In this document: positions 50,157 through 63,475 of the stretch, piece by piece
Layout of the letters: every line of letters begins with the position of its first letter
Numbering within the stretch: the first letter of the stretch is position 1
NCBI RefSeq assembly: GCF_006345805.1
Contig: NC_043004.1
Coordinates: forward strand, 3,534,001-3,598,000
Reading direction: 5' to 3'
DNA from: Octopus sinensis
Taxonomy: Eukaryota
DNA: 64,000 bases
The notes under the pieces: model-generated
The model's input: the letters and a program-made list of their open reading frames with translations, nothing else
Database searches by the model: none
Told to the model about the DNA's origin: nothing
Translations under genes and position numbers: made by a program

Positions 50157-50819
50157 AATATTATTTTGTTCGAGTCAGCCTCTAGCTACTCTGAGTTTCC
50201 CAAGTAAGCACACAAGATTTTCAGGCAAGTTGTGACTCAATACCAAACATACACACACATATATTTATGTACACGCACACACACATATATATATATAAAT
50301 GTATATATAAATATATATAAACATATTTATATAAATATATATGTGTGTGTGTGTGTGCGTGTATAAATATATATATATATGCTATGAACTTCTGGAGTTC
50401 ATAACATACCCATCATTTTTTCCTGTATCATCTCATTTCCCTATTACTGCTCTGTACTCGTCTAAAACCAGATTCTGAAACATATGTATATTGGGTCTTA
50501 CTCCAGGTTAATGGTCTCGCCTGCCTAATCCAAATGTGTGTGTGTGTCTTTTAAAGTTGTTTACGAGTTTTGAATATGCAAATAAAACTGCTTTTCCTGT
50601 CTGCCGGTCACGGTCTATAGATGTTGACTAATGAACCAGTTTGGGAGGTTGCATCGAGTGGTACCGATATAACGTACGATGAATATAGTAATAATAACAA
50701 TAAGCTTTGGATGGAATTTATAAAGATTTAATGCATCGCTACGCGCGTTTCCGCATTTCACATGTCTCTTAAGATCACAGTCCGTACTCTTGGGGTGATT
50801 ACTCGTTTCTACTCTAAGC

Positions 50820-51190
50820 ATGAGGTCCGAAATTTTGGGGGAAGGGGCCAATCAATTTGATCGACTCCAGTACGCAACTGGTACTTAATTTATCGACTCC
50901 GAAAGGATGAAACGCAAAGTCGACCTCGGCGGAATTTCAACTCAGAACGTAAAGACAGACGAAATACCTATTTCTTTACTACCCACAAGGGGCTACACAC
51001 AGAGAGGACAGACAAACGGATTTAGTCGATTGTATCGACCCCAGTGCGTAACTGGTACTTAATTTAACGACCCCGAAAGGATGAAAGGCAAAGTCGACCT
51101 CGGCGGAATTTGAACTCAGAACGTAACGGCAGACAAAATACGGCTACGCATTTCGCTCGGCGTGCTAACGTTTCTGCCAGCTCACAGCCT
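50820..51190 (-). mobile_element. SINE family B: one head plus two tandem body units
   Basis: Two AAGTCGACCTCGGCGGAATTT blocks (~50918 and ~51092); head TTTCTGCCAGCTC at ~51171-51183. Confidence 0.9.
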
Positions 51191-51344
51191 TTCCTGGGTT
51201 GATTACTGGCGTCCGTGATCCATTCCTTCAGTGCTCTGCTTGTTTCTCCAGAAAGGCTCTGATGAAAGTAAGATTGATATTCTTAGGTCGTTCAATGTTC
51301 CTCAACTGATCAATAGACCGAGTAGACTTAGTATATATATATAT

Positions 51345-51387
<43 letters not shown>

Positions 51388-51717
51388 TAATAGAGGTGGG
51401 GTCACTAAAGTAACAGAGGGTTGTAATTAGTATCAGTATTCCTAGAAATAGAAGTCAAAGCGACTCAAAAGCCACAAAGCACTATCTTAATGGTTTACAA
51501 GGGGTGGTAAGCCCTTAGCGGATATAGCGAAATCAACGATTTCGGATTTTGATGCAGAGCATCTTAATCGTCATCAGTGACTCTTACTGCGCCTAGGGTT
51601 AAACTCAACTCCCTCAGTCAACCTTTATAAGAAAACCCTCTGTCACTTTAGGGACCTCAATTAATTTGTCTGCAGGTTGTTAAATTGCTAAGCCATCCAT
51701 TTTATTTGTTGTGTGTG

Positions 51718-51781
<64 letters not shown>

Positions 51782-52552
51782 CACATTGTTATCGTATTTT
51801 CTTCTTTTACAGTTTGTTCATGATTAATCCTTAAAGATTAAAGACCCGATCCCATGAGCGAATAAACTTCTTAGGAATTTCTTTTACTTTCAGAAAAATA
51901 GTATAGAGGATTTTGAAATAAAATATTGATGCCAACACCAAATACCATTCTCTCTGATTATCATCAGTCAATAACCAAGCTATGGTTTTTATATATAAAC
52001 TTTTGTATGCAGATATGTGTGTGTGTCTGTGTGTGTGTGCACGTATATATGCACATGTACATATGTGTGTGCGTGTGTCTGTCTGTATGCGTCTGAATAT
52101 CCTATACAGCAACAGGTGAAACTCAGAGTATCAAGCGACTGACTGGACCAAAATGAAATATTATGAATCCCTACAAGAGTATTGAGTACTCTTTTTCCGA
52201 CAGTCCACACTAAACGGATATATATTACTCTCTCCATCTCTCTTTTTCTCTCTCTCTCACACAATCTTTCTCCATTTCTCTTTCCCTCTCTCAGTCTCTC
52301 TCTTTCTCTGTCCCTCACCTCTCTCACTCGGTCTGCGTATGTGTGTATGTATGCATGTATACGTTTATATTTTTATTTGAGCGTCTCCCAGTTCTTCGTA
52401 ATTTAAACCCAACAACAGTAAACTCTCCTATTACATCCATCGATGAATTTCCAATATCAAAATCCTTTAAATCTCTCATAAACGTTAATTTTAATATTTT
52501 TTTTATGTTTCTTTTCATGTCAGCCTTTGCACTTTAATATCTTAAATTTACC

Positions 52553-52703
52553 AGGCGCAGGAGTGGCTGTGTGGTAAGTGGCTTGCTTATCAACCACATG
52601 GTTCCAGGTTCAGTTCCACTGCGAGGCACTTTCTATTATAGCCTCGGGCCGACCAAAGCCTTGTGAGTGGATTTGGTAGGCGGAAACTGAAAGAAACCCG
52701 TCG

Positions 52704-52744
<41 letters not shown>

Positions 52745-52950
52745 CTGTGTTTGTCCACCCAACATCGCTTGACAACTGATGCTGGTGTGTTTACGTCCCC
52801 GTAACTTAGCGGTTCGGGAAAACAGACCGATAGAATAAGTACTAGGCTTACAAAGAGTAAGTCCCGAGGTCGATTTTCTCGAATAAAGGTGGTGCTCCAG
52901 CATGGCCGCAGTAAAATAACTGAAACAAGGAAAAGAGAGAGTAAAAGAGA
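52553..52950 (+). mobile_element. Full-length SINE family A
   Basis: AGGCGCAGGAGTGGCTGTGTGG head, GGTTCAGTTCC B-box, tail GGTGCTCCAGCATGGCCGCAG..CTGAAAC. Confidence 0.92.
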
Positions 52951-54174
52951 CAGTATTTTTCTCAGACTCTTCATTTTCTACCAACATCCGGGTGTCTCAG
53001 ATTTCTAAAGGTTTGTCCCGATATTTTTACACCTTTCATTTCGAATGTTGCTTTTCTCAGATTTTTCATTTTCACCGGACATATTAAAAATACAGGGATA
53101 ATATGGAACTTTTTCTACCCTTTTTTGTGGTTGTGTTACCTTTTTACTTTTACTGTAAACCTAAATCTAGTCCCTTACCGTAGGTTTCCTTTCTTCCGGA
53201 CTAAATAATAAAACCCAAAATGCAATCTAAAGCTAAACTATAACCGATATAACACAAATACATCTTGTTGTAGTCCTTAGAAACCGCCATTATCCATTTT
53301 AACTTTGCATTTTGATCGCTTTTACAATCTCAGGTATTACCCAACGGACCCCTGCTTTCATCACTGGTTTAGCCACAACGGAACATCGAAATTGCCTCGC
53401 AAGCTTAGCTAGTTGGGAATTAGTCAATTTCTCTGGAACACTATCCATTCCATAGCAGACCATATTAATATTGTTGAGAAATATTGCTACGTTTGGTAAT
53501 GTTATTATTTTATTAAATAATACAAGGATGGGTAAAGAGTGAGTGCTTGTTGCCAGGTTACCAAATACCTACCGTCTGTTATTTAGCTCTACAAATATAT
53601 ATATATGGACACTCACACAGAGATACAGAATGTGTACGTATGTGTATGTATATTCAGAGGGACAGATAGATACAAACACATCTATATGTAAATACACACA
53701 CACACATGTATATACAAACACATGCATATATATATATATGTGTGTGCGGTGTGTATATGAATAGATATATATATATATATATATATATATTAACATATTG
53801 AGTATACATGTTTATATAATATATTATAGTGTTATATATGCACACAAATATCATATATATATATATATATGTATATATATGTATATATATTGAATACACA
53901 TGTTTATATAATATTTATAGTGTTATATATACACACAAATATATTTGTGTATATATATATATATATATAGATATATATATATCTATATATGCGTGTGTGT
54001 AATATCCTATTGTCTCATTTTATGTATCTTGTCAGAAACTAAAATATTCACAAGAATTTCACATATAGTCAAATATTGCATTTCTTTAGAAATGGCTCAC
54101 ACTCCCTCCATCTCCATCCCAGACACACTTAAGCAGAGAACAATTCAAGCGAAATCACAAACACACCCTTCTCT

Positions 54175-54244
<70 letters not shown>

Positions 54245-54906
54245 ACTCACTCGCACACATATAAGCATCTACAATTATACAAATGACTATAATAATTGAG
54301 GAACTATTTGACGAAAATATCGTGATTCTTAACTGAAACATTTTACGTTATTTTTTTTTTGAGCGATTTTATTCTTCGTTTGTCGCAGCTGAAAACGTTG
54401 TTGCTGTATTTCTACCAAACCCACTTATGGAAACTTAACTGGCACTTTAAGCCATTAAAACCTTCACAGCAAGGACGAATGTTGCTCTTGCCAACGATTT
54501 TGACTGTCATCTTGGTGTGCGTGTGTGTGTGTGTGTCTGCATATGTATATACACAAGTGTTTAGATATATATGGTGTTTTGTGCATTCAGCACTTTTAGA
54601 AAATTTATGCAAAAATATGTACTGCAAAATATCTTGTTTTAACAATAAGTAGATTCAATGTCTGCTTGGTGGGTTTTTTTCGTTTCTTTGTAATTTGTTT
54701 GTTTGTTTATTTATTTATTTATTTATTTGCTAAGGGTTGTATTTTTGTCCTACAATAGAAATCTTTACCACATTAGAAGCACTTTACAAAAATACTTCAT
54801 CAACCGCTACAAAATGAAAAGAAAAAATAGCGTTTGCAACCATTACGCTCTTACTACTGCTAATGATGATGATGATCATTATCATCATCATCATCATCAT
54901 CATCAT

Positions 54907-56310
54907 TATAGGAGAGGCAGGACGATGCCATCGGATGGCATCCTCGGACACTAGACCGACGGACCAGTTAAACTGCTCGGGGTCTAGTTTGGTCCCGAAC
55001 TCCAGGTCGATAAGAACTGGGACGAGGTGGCGAACAGGTTGGCCAGTCTTACCCAGAAATTGGCCGCGAAGAAGCTGTCCCTGAAAAGTCGGACAGAGGT
55101 GGCAAATGCTTACATCGCCTCCGTTATCATTTATCACCTGGCCGTAGTGCCATGTCCCGGTTACTGCTTGACCAGGTTGGAGCGTCTCTTATTTAAATTC
55201 TTGTGGAAGGGACCCGTTCTAATGGCCAGGCGGTCAGTTTGTTGCCAGCATCCTCTGAGTGGTAGATTAGGTATGCCGTGGCTCCTAATGCGCAGACACG
55301 CGCTTAGGTTACGCCATCTGCAACGATTTGTGAACGTTGGGCGTGTGTGAGCTCCGTTTGTGGGGCTCCTCTTTCCGCAACTCGTCCCCTTGACGGAGCT
55401 GCAATCCTGGATGAAGAAAAGGCCAAGACTGGGTGTCTGGCGCTCTCAACACTCCACTAGTCGGGCAAGGGGATCGGTGGATGCTCCACTTTAGAAATTT
55501 ATAGAGTATTAGTGGCGGTGAAGTGCAACGACGTTGTCGGGGAGACTCTGAGCACCTACGAGAATGAACTGGCTAGTCGGTTCCTGTGAACATTCCGGTC
55601 TGGAAATATCATGGATAATTTCCAGATATCCTTGGCCTGGTAGTGATGTCAGACGGACTTGTCGGAGGTACGCACAGAGTGACGAAACCGTTCCGCACGC
55701 CCTCGTTCAGAGTTCAGGCATTGCTGACTTATGGTGTTGTGTTGAACAGCTGCTGTTACGTGTGGGACGGATCCGTCAGTCGGCAGGCAAGACAGTTTTC
55801 CTTTGTCTGTTGGCCGTTGCGAAAGAGGTTGTTTGCTGGACAAGGCTTAAAAGCATGAGGATAGATTCATTTCTCTTTGGTAAAACTCTCATTGCCTTTT
55901 TCAAGTTTCACTTGAGAAGGAAAGTGAGAGTGGAGAGGGAAATGCTGTCCTCGAGTGAGTTTATTGAAAGGTGGGTGAAAGTTGCGAAAATGGCAAGAGT
56001 GGATGGTACCTCTCTAAGTGTAGACCTGTGAGTGGGAGAGAAGGAATTGGAGAGGGTACTTGCTCTTGGGGGTTTCAGGAAAATCTCGGACAGTAGGGTT
56101 CCTCGATTATCCCTAGAGGCTTTCATGTATCAGGAGGGTCACAACTCTATCAGCCTCCCCGCTACGTTTTTTTTTTTTAAATGTCCCTTCTTTTTCAGTG
56201 TATACCGTGTATACTGTCTTTCATTTCATTATATGTAAACCCCAACACTTTATGTCTATTTTGTATTGTTTCCCTCATCCTTCGCCCTTCTGGCAAATAA
56301 ATGACATCAA
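54907..56310 (+). mobile_element. 5'-truncated Tx1/L1-clade element (second subfamily), decayed
   Basis: TDGPVKLLGV*FG, LSLKSRTEVANAYIAS, FKFLWKG, CCQHPLSGRLGMPWLLMRRHALRLRHL, HALVQ, AKEVVCWTRLK, LRRKVRVERE; AATAAA near 56297 then (CAT)n. Confidence 0.87.
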
Positions 56311-56336
56311 CATCATCATCGTCATCATCATCATTA

Positions 56337-56392
<56 letters not shown>

Positions 56393-56403
56393 GTTATTAT
56401 TAT
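56302..56403. repeat. Compound (CAT)n-(TAT)n tract shared by two tail-to-tail retroelements
   Basis: Visible array between the Tx1-like 3' end and the Dong-like 3' end. Confidence 0.93.
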
Positions 56404-57207
56404 CACGTGCTTTCACTTCACTACCGAGCGCAGATCTGTGTGCCTTGGGTATGTGCTGCGGTTTGTAGTGATGCTCTTATTTTCACTGTATTGAAAGGGT
56501 TTTACGTGGGATGTGTGCAGTGCCTAGTAGTGCTATTTTCTGTATGTTATATATACTTATTAGTCTTAGTATTTTGGTTATGTATTTGTCTGAATACTTT
56601 TTTTATCATGCCTAACGCGCCTACTATGATATGAATTGTTTCTGTTTTTAGACTCCACATTCGAATTACCTCTATTTCCAGGTCTTTGTATTTTGAAAGT
56701 TTCTCCGTTTCTTTTAGAGACACGTTGTCATCTGCTGGTATTGATACATCGATTAGAAAGCATCTTTTTTCTTGGTTATCTCTGACAACTATATCCGGTC
56801 TATTATCTGTGTGTATTGGCATATCCCAGAGTATGGTTGTTTTCTCGTTTTCTGTGACCATTTCTGGCGTGTGCCTATACCATCTTTTTTCTGTTGTTAT
56901 TCCATAATGTTGGCATAGCTTCCAGTGTATGTAGGTCCCAACTCTGTCGTGTCTATGAATATATTCCTTCTTAGCCAGGACTGGACATCCAGAGACAATA
57001 TGATTTATTGTGTCTTCTCCATCACCACATATTCTACAGTTACTTGTATTTCTTTTCATTGTGATTTTGTTGGTTTTATAATGCGTTTTTAGTGGTAAGG
57101 CTTTGATCTTATGCTGTAATTAAAAATCTTTCAGTTTCCGCTTTGAGTCCTGAGTTTCTCTAATGTTGTAGGGATTTTGCCTTGTCTATTTCTTTTTCTG
57201 TATAGCT
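56404..57207 (-). mobile_element. 5'-truncated R4/Dong-clade non-LTR element (CCHC knuckle plus restriction-like endonuclease)
   Basis: CRICGDGEDTINHIVSGC, RHDRV, ILWDMPIHTDNRPDIVV, LIDVSIP, KETEKLSKYKDL, IIVGALG; frameshifted end KIALLGTAHIPRKTLSIQ* (stop 56483-56485); (TAA)n at both ends. Confidence 0.88.
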
Positions 57208-57838
57208 CAACCCATTATTATTATTATTATTATTTTGGTAAGAGAGCAGCACATGCGATCAGTCACACTGGAGTATAAATATACGAAGTCCAATATACTC
57301 ATCATGACTATTCGTCTGATAAGAATACACCGGGCACATGCATCACAACCATATGCGCGTGACATGATGATCTCATATCAAGATAAACCTACATGACTTT
57401 GCAGGTGGGGCCCAGCTAGAATTTTCTTCATGTAGATATGGAAAGAAAGGTCGATATAATTGTCATTAGCATTGTAATGTTGTAGGGAATTGAATCATTG
57501 TATTAGCCTGTGTCACGTGATTAGTATCAAGTGAGGTCCCTTAGTGTAAACTTGGAGTTTCTTTCCCAATTCTATGAAAACAACGTGAGAGGCGTCAACC
57601 GTGTGATGTGGACGAAGACTAGACGCCATGACACTTCCATAATTTCTAAATAAATATATGTCTAAGTTGTTGGCTCAGGAAATATAAAACACTAAACAGG
57701 GTGGGATTGAAGTACAAATAGGTAGGATGATAAAGATGATGATGATGGTGAGGAGGAGAAGGGAAGGAAAATAGGAGGGGGAGGGGAAAGAAGAAAGAGG
57801 AAAAGGATAACAGCAATAGTAACCGAAACAACAACAAC

Positions 57839-57869
<31 letters not shown>

Positions 57870-57871
<2 letters not shown>

Positions 57872-58080
57872 CTTTCTTACTATAAGCTCAAGGCCTGAAA
57901 TTATGGGGGAGGGGGCTAGTCGATTACATCGACCCCAGTGTTTCACTGGTACTTAATTTATCGACCCTGAAAAGGTGAAAGGCAAAGTCGACCCTGGATG
58001 AATTTGAACTCAGACCGTGAAGACGGACGAAATGTCGCTAAGCATTTTAATCGGCGTGCAAACGATTCTGCCAGCCACAA
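57870..58080 (-). mobile_element. SINE family B with long (ATT)n tail
   Basis: TTCTGCCAGCC reverse head, GAAAGGCAAAGTCGACC body, (AAT)n at ~57840-57870. Confidence 0.85.
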
Positions 58081-58129
58081 AATGAAAGTAAATCAAAATT
58101 ATTCTCTAAAACACGCACACACGTACGTA

Positions 58130-58255
58130 CATACGCACATACATACATACACACACACACACACATACACACACACACACATACATGCATACATACATGC
58201 ATACATACATACATACATACATACATACATACATACATACATACATACATACAGA
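58130..58255. repeat. (CATA)n/(CA)n microsatellite
   Basis: Visible array. Confidence 0.92.
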
Positions 58256-58686
58256 CACGTAACTGCATACACATATCACCACATATCTATATACACACAT
58301 TCCTTTCATACTGTCTTCCTTATCTTCTGTCTCTTTCCCTCTTTCTTTCTCTCTTCTTCTCTCTCTCTCTCTTTCTCTCTCTCTCTTTCTTTCTCTCTTT
58401 CTCTCTTACACACACACACATATATATACATACATACCTTTATACATATACACACACATACATACATTAGGTGCCCGTGTAACCCTTTTTATTATTTACC
58501 ATTATTCACCTTTTACACAATGTATCGGGTTCTTTTTTTTTTCTCTCCTGTTCACAAAATCAAACGGATTTATATTTACATACGTAATTATATTTATAAA
58601 TGCGTGTATGTCTGTCAGTTCGTGTATGTGTACGTATGTGTGTGAGGGAGCGAAAAGAGAGTCTCTGTGTGCGTGTGTGTGTGTGT

Positions 58687-58748
<62 letters not shown>

Positions 58749-59639
58749 CACCTGCGCAAAACGAAATAGTTCTCATAGGTGGTCATATCCCTCAGAACCT
58801 GAATACACATGACTTAATACACCTCGACTCTCAATAGTTGTACAAATCTTTGTTTATAGGCGAATGGCGGCAACGGGAAATGCCGTACTGTGCCATCGAC
58901 TGCAACACTCGGAGTTAATGTGACACTCCCTTTTAGTGTCAATAAGCGTGAGTTGGCAGACATTTATTGTTAGAGTTGTAATGGTGGTGCTGGTGCTGGT
59001 AATTGCCGGATTACATGTGTATTTAATTTAGATCTGTTCAATAGGTGGATGTCAACTTAAGCTCTGATAATGTCCACCTCAGTAGAAATGCTTCTTTCCC
59101 TCTCCTCTACCCACCACTCATACATTATACAAACATCAATGATTCTAGTTTGTTGTGGTGTGATATACGACAACAAACACGCTCTAACTTAGGGCTTTCC
59201 TGAAGAAATACACGCTGCCATATCGTGTGTGTGTACCTTAACACTTAGTTCTGATCCAGCAAAACTATACTCAAAAGCGGGCCAATCGTGACCATCAAAT
59301 TTATTTTTTAATCGACATGACACCACTTGTTTTCATTACTCAATGTGATTTTAAGACAATAATTTTAAAAAGCATGTGTAGGTGTTGTGATGTTTATGCT
59401 TTTACTAAAATCTCTTAATGGTTAAAACACTCAAGGATGGTTTCTTTTTAACGAAACAGAGATCGACATTTTAGAGAGATGCTGGTACGGGAAGTAGTAA
59501 CACCAATGCCTTTACCAAAGGGATTAACGACAAAGGTGAAGTAAATTGCCTTGACCGAAAATCGAAACCGGGTCGCATTGTTGCTTTACTCGCCAAGACT
59601 AAAATGGTTTCAAATCGATGCCACTGCTCAGGTGGTTCT

Positions 59640-59770
59640 TATTTTATCGACATCGTAAAAAAGAAAAGTAAGATCGAACACGGTGGAATTTGAGCTCAGA
59701 ACGTAAAGACGGATGAAAGAGAGCTAAATATTTTGTCCGGCATGCTAACAATTCTGCCAGCTCACCGCCA
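59640..59770 (-). mobile_element. SINE family B 5' part
   Basis: GGAATTTGAGCTCAGAACGTAAAGAC..TTCTGCCAGCTCACCGCC. Confidence 0.8.
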
Positions 59771-59955
59771 TATTCGCCAAGGCTATAATGACTAATTTTA
59801 GTTTTAGTAAGAAGATAGTCCCAATAAGTAGTGTTTCCGAAAGCGTTTCGTGAATATATATATATAAGAATAAATGTTTTATATATAAAGAACGTGAAAT
59901 ACAGGAAGGGACAAACACGGAACACAGACAAATCATTCGAAGCCTTCAATCTTCA

Positions 59956-59996
<41 letters not shown>

Positions 59997-59999
<3 letters not shown>

Positions 60000-60305
60000 A
60001 ACACTCCATCGGTTACGACGACGTGGGTCCCAGCTGATAGATCAACGGAACAGCTTGTTCGTGAAATTAACGTGCAAGTGGCTGAGCACTCTACAGACAC
60101 GTGTACCCTTAACGTAATTCTCAGGAGATTCAGCGTGACACAGAGTGTGACAAGGCTGGCCCTTTGAAATACACGTACAACTCATTTTTGCCAGCTGAGT
60201 GGACAAGAGCAACGTGAAATAAAGTGTCTTTCTCAAGGACACAACGGGAATTGAACTCACGATTGTGAGCCGAATGCCCTAACCACTAAGCCACGCGCCT
60301 TCACT
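59997..60305 (-). mobile_element. tRNA-derived SINE family C (CORE-like central motif)
   Basis: Minus strand GGCGCGTGGCTTAGTGGTTAGG (A-box), GAGTTCAATTCCC (B-box), TGTGTCCTTGAGAAAGACACTTTA..CCACTCAGCTG; diverged relative at ~62755-62920 (+). Confidence 0.8.
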
Positions 60306-60530
60306 TATATCCAAATAAACAATCAATTCAAATAGACGAGTAAAATGAAGGGACAACAAAGGACGTGCACAAGAAATGTATTAGTTTGACGGTCGGTGAA
60401 AGGAGTGGGGTTCGACGTTTCGTGCATAGTTCTTCGTCGGAAAGGAGAAAAGGAAATGTCCAAAGAAGGAAAATAAATCGCCAACAGCACGTATGTAGTT
60501 ACATTGCTGGATGGAGTGACCAGAAGTTGA

Positions 60531-60573
<43 letters not shown>

Positions 60574-60774
60574 TTCAACAGGCATCTACATAGTTTTCGT
60601 CTACGAAATTCGCTCACAAGGTTTTGGCCGGCTCGGGTATATAATAGAAGCCGCCAGCCCAAGGCACCGTGCAGCGGGACTTAACTCGAAGCAAGGTTCT
60701 GCATTAACATAGGCGCCGGCGTGGCTATATCTTAATCACGGAAGCATATGTGCACCTAGTAATTATAATTCCAC

Positions 60775-61407
60775 ACAGCAGAATCATTAGAGCGTCGAAC
60801 AAAATACTTCATAGCATTTCTTCAAATTCCCCGGAGGTTGACTTTGCTTTCATCCTTTCAGGGTCGATAAAATAAAGTACCAGTTGAGTACTGGGGTCGA
60901 TGTAGTTGACTTACCCTCTCCCCCGAAATTGCAGGCCTTGTACCAAAATTTAAAAAACCTTATTATTATTAAGGCGGCGAGCTGGCAGAATTGATACCAC
61001 GCTCGGCAAAATGCTTAGCGGTATTTCGTCTTTACATGCTGAGTTCAAATTCCGCCGAAGTGGATTTTGCTTTTCATTCTTTCGGGATCGATAAAATAAA
61101 TACCAACTGAGAACTGGGGTCAATGATATTGACTATCCCCTTCTGTAAATTTCAGACTTTGTGCCTATAGTAGAAAGGGTTATTATTATTACTATTGTTA
61201 TTAAAAACATCTTTTCGTTCTGAGCTCAAATTCCGTCGAGTCTCTATCTGCCCTTTCATCTTTGCGTGGTCGATAAAATAAGTACCTAGTTGAACACCAG
61301 GGTTGATATAATCGAATTGCTCCCTACCCTTGACATTGCTGGCCTTGTGCCAAAATTTGAAACCATTATTATTATTTTTATTATTATTATTATTATTTTT
61401 ATTATTA

Positions 61408-61456
<49 letters not shown>

Positions 61457-61681
61457 GGCGGCGTGCTGGCAGAACCGTTAACGCGCTGGATGAAATGCTT
61501 AGCAGAATTTCACCCGACGCTACGTTCTGAGTTCAAAATTCCGCCGAGGTCGACTTTGCCTTTCAACTTTTCGGGATCGATTAAATAAGTACCAGTTGAA
61601 CACTGGAGTCCATATAATCGACACATCCCCACTTTCCCCCAAACTGCCCTTGTGGAAAAAAATTTGAAATGATAATAAATA

Positions 61682-61729
<48 letters not shown>

Positions 61730-61755
61730 GTTATTATTATTATTATTATTATTAA
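60775..61755 (+). mobile_element. Chain of four SINE family B copies separated by (ATT)n tails
   Basis: Copies at ~60775, 60972, 61215, 61455; (ATT)n at ~60960, 61180-61200, 61345-61455, 61680-61755. Confidence 0.85.
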
Positions 61756-62249
61756 TGGGGATGCCACGCACCTACATGCACACCTGCCTACCCATCCCGT
61801 ATGTCTCTCACACGTCTATAAACTTTACGGAATGCTTTTCAGTGTTTTTCAAACATGACTCGAAGCAGTGCAACGTAGCAATTAAGAGGCAGAGCATGTG
61901 ATGAACCTGTCTGCAAACAGGTATTGTCTTCTAAATTGTTTATCGATTACAACCGGAAGGCCTTCGGTTTCCATTCATTGTGTGTGGTGGGTGGCCTGAC
62001 TCTCTCTTCGATAAACTGCTGGCTAGCCACTCTATGCTGTCTTATTGATCAACCTGATTGCTGTGAAATGTTCATGCTAATCACATTGTTCTTTATCTCT
62101 CGCTGACATTGTTTCTGCCGATCGCACAATTGCCGCGTTCTGCCTCCTCTTTCATTGGCCTTTCTGCACCTTACATCTCTCTCAACCCAATCTTTCTTCC
62201 TGTCCCGCTTTCTTTCTTTCTTTCTTTCTCTCTCTCCTTCTCTCTATGA

Positions 62250-62290
<41 letters not shown>

Positions 62291-62367
62291 CGTGTGTGTC
62301 GAGAGAGAGAAAAATGTACTTATCTATATATATATATATAATATATATATATATATATAAGTACATT

Positions 62368-62473
<106 letters not shown>

Positions 62474-62636
62474 AACACACGTGTGTGTGTAAGGTGTTAA
62501 GTACATCAGGTCATAGAAACGAGAGAATAGATCTGATAGATTTGACAGTCTTCGGTATTGACAGACTACGAAGGGACGTTTCTATCCACCTGCAAATCCT
62601 CAAGAATGCCTCCACACATGCGTGTATATGTGGGAG

Positions 62637-62683
<47 letters not shown>

Positions 62684-62964
62684 AGCGCACGCACACATAC
62701 ATGTATATGTGCGTTAATGTTCTACTTGGCCGAGTGTTTCGTATTACGAAGCTTAATGGTTAGAGTGATGCACTCGCGAGACCAAGACTGTGGTTTCGAA
62801 ACCTGGACCGAGCGTTGTTTGGTGTTCTTGAACAAAACCCTTCATTTCACATTGTTCCAGTCGACTCGGCTGTAAATGAGGGCTAACCCTGCCATGGACA
62901 GTCATCCTGTTCAGAAGAACGGGTTGTGAACTTGGTCACTTATACACCATGTACATACAAGTAT

Positions 62965-63260
62965 ATATTCTTTTATTCTTTTACTTGTTTCTATTATTTG
63001 ACTGCGGCCATGCTGGAGCACCGCCTTTGGTCGAACAAATCGACTCCAGGACTTATTCTTTATTAGCCTTGTACTTATTCTGTCTGTCCCTTTTTTGCCA
63101 AATCGCTTCGTTACGGAGACGTAAGCATAACAACATCAGTTGTTAAGCGATGGCGCGGAGACAAACACACACACTATAGTAGAAGACACTTGGCCAAGGT
63201 GTCACACAGTGGGGCTGAACCCGGAACCTCGTGGTTGGGAAGCAAACTTCTTACTACATG
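62965..63260 (-). mobile_element. SINE family A, internally deleted
   Basis: TGACTGCGGCCATGCTGGAGCACCGCC (reverse tail) at ~62999 and CTGAACCCGGAACC (reverse head) at ~63215. Confidence 0.82.
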
Positions 63261-63300
63261 TGTTTATATATATACATGTACATATATTTGTGTATGTGTG

Positions 63301-63351
<51 letters not shown>

Positions 63352-63434
63352 AACATATACACACAAACACTGACACACATATATATACGTATATATATAT
63401 ATATATATGAATGTGTGTCTGTGTGTGCGTGTAT

Positions 63435-63475
<41 letters not shown>

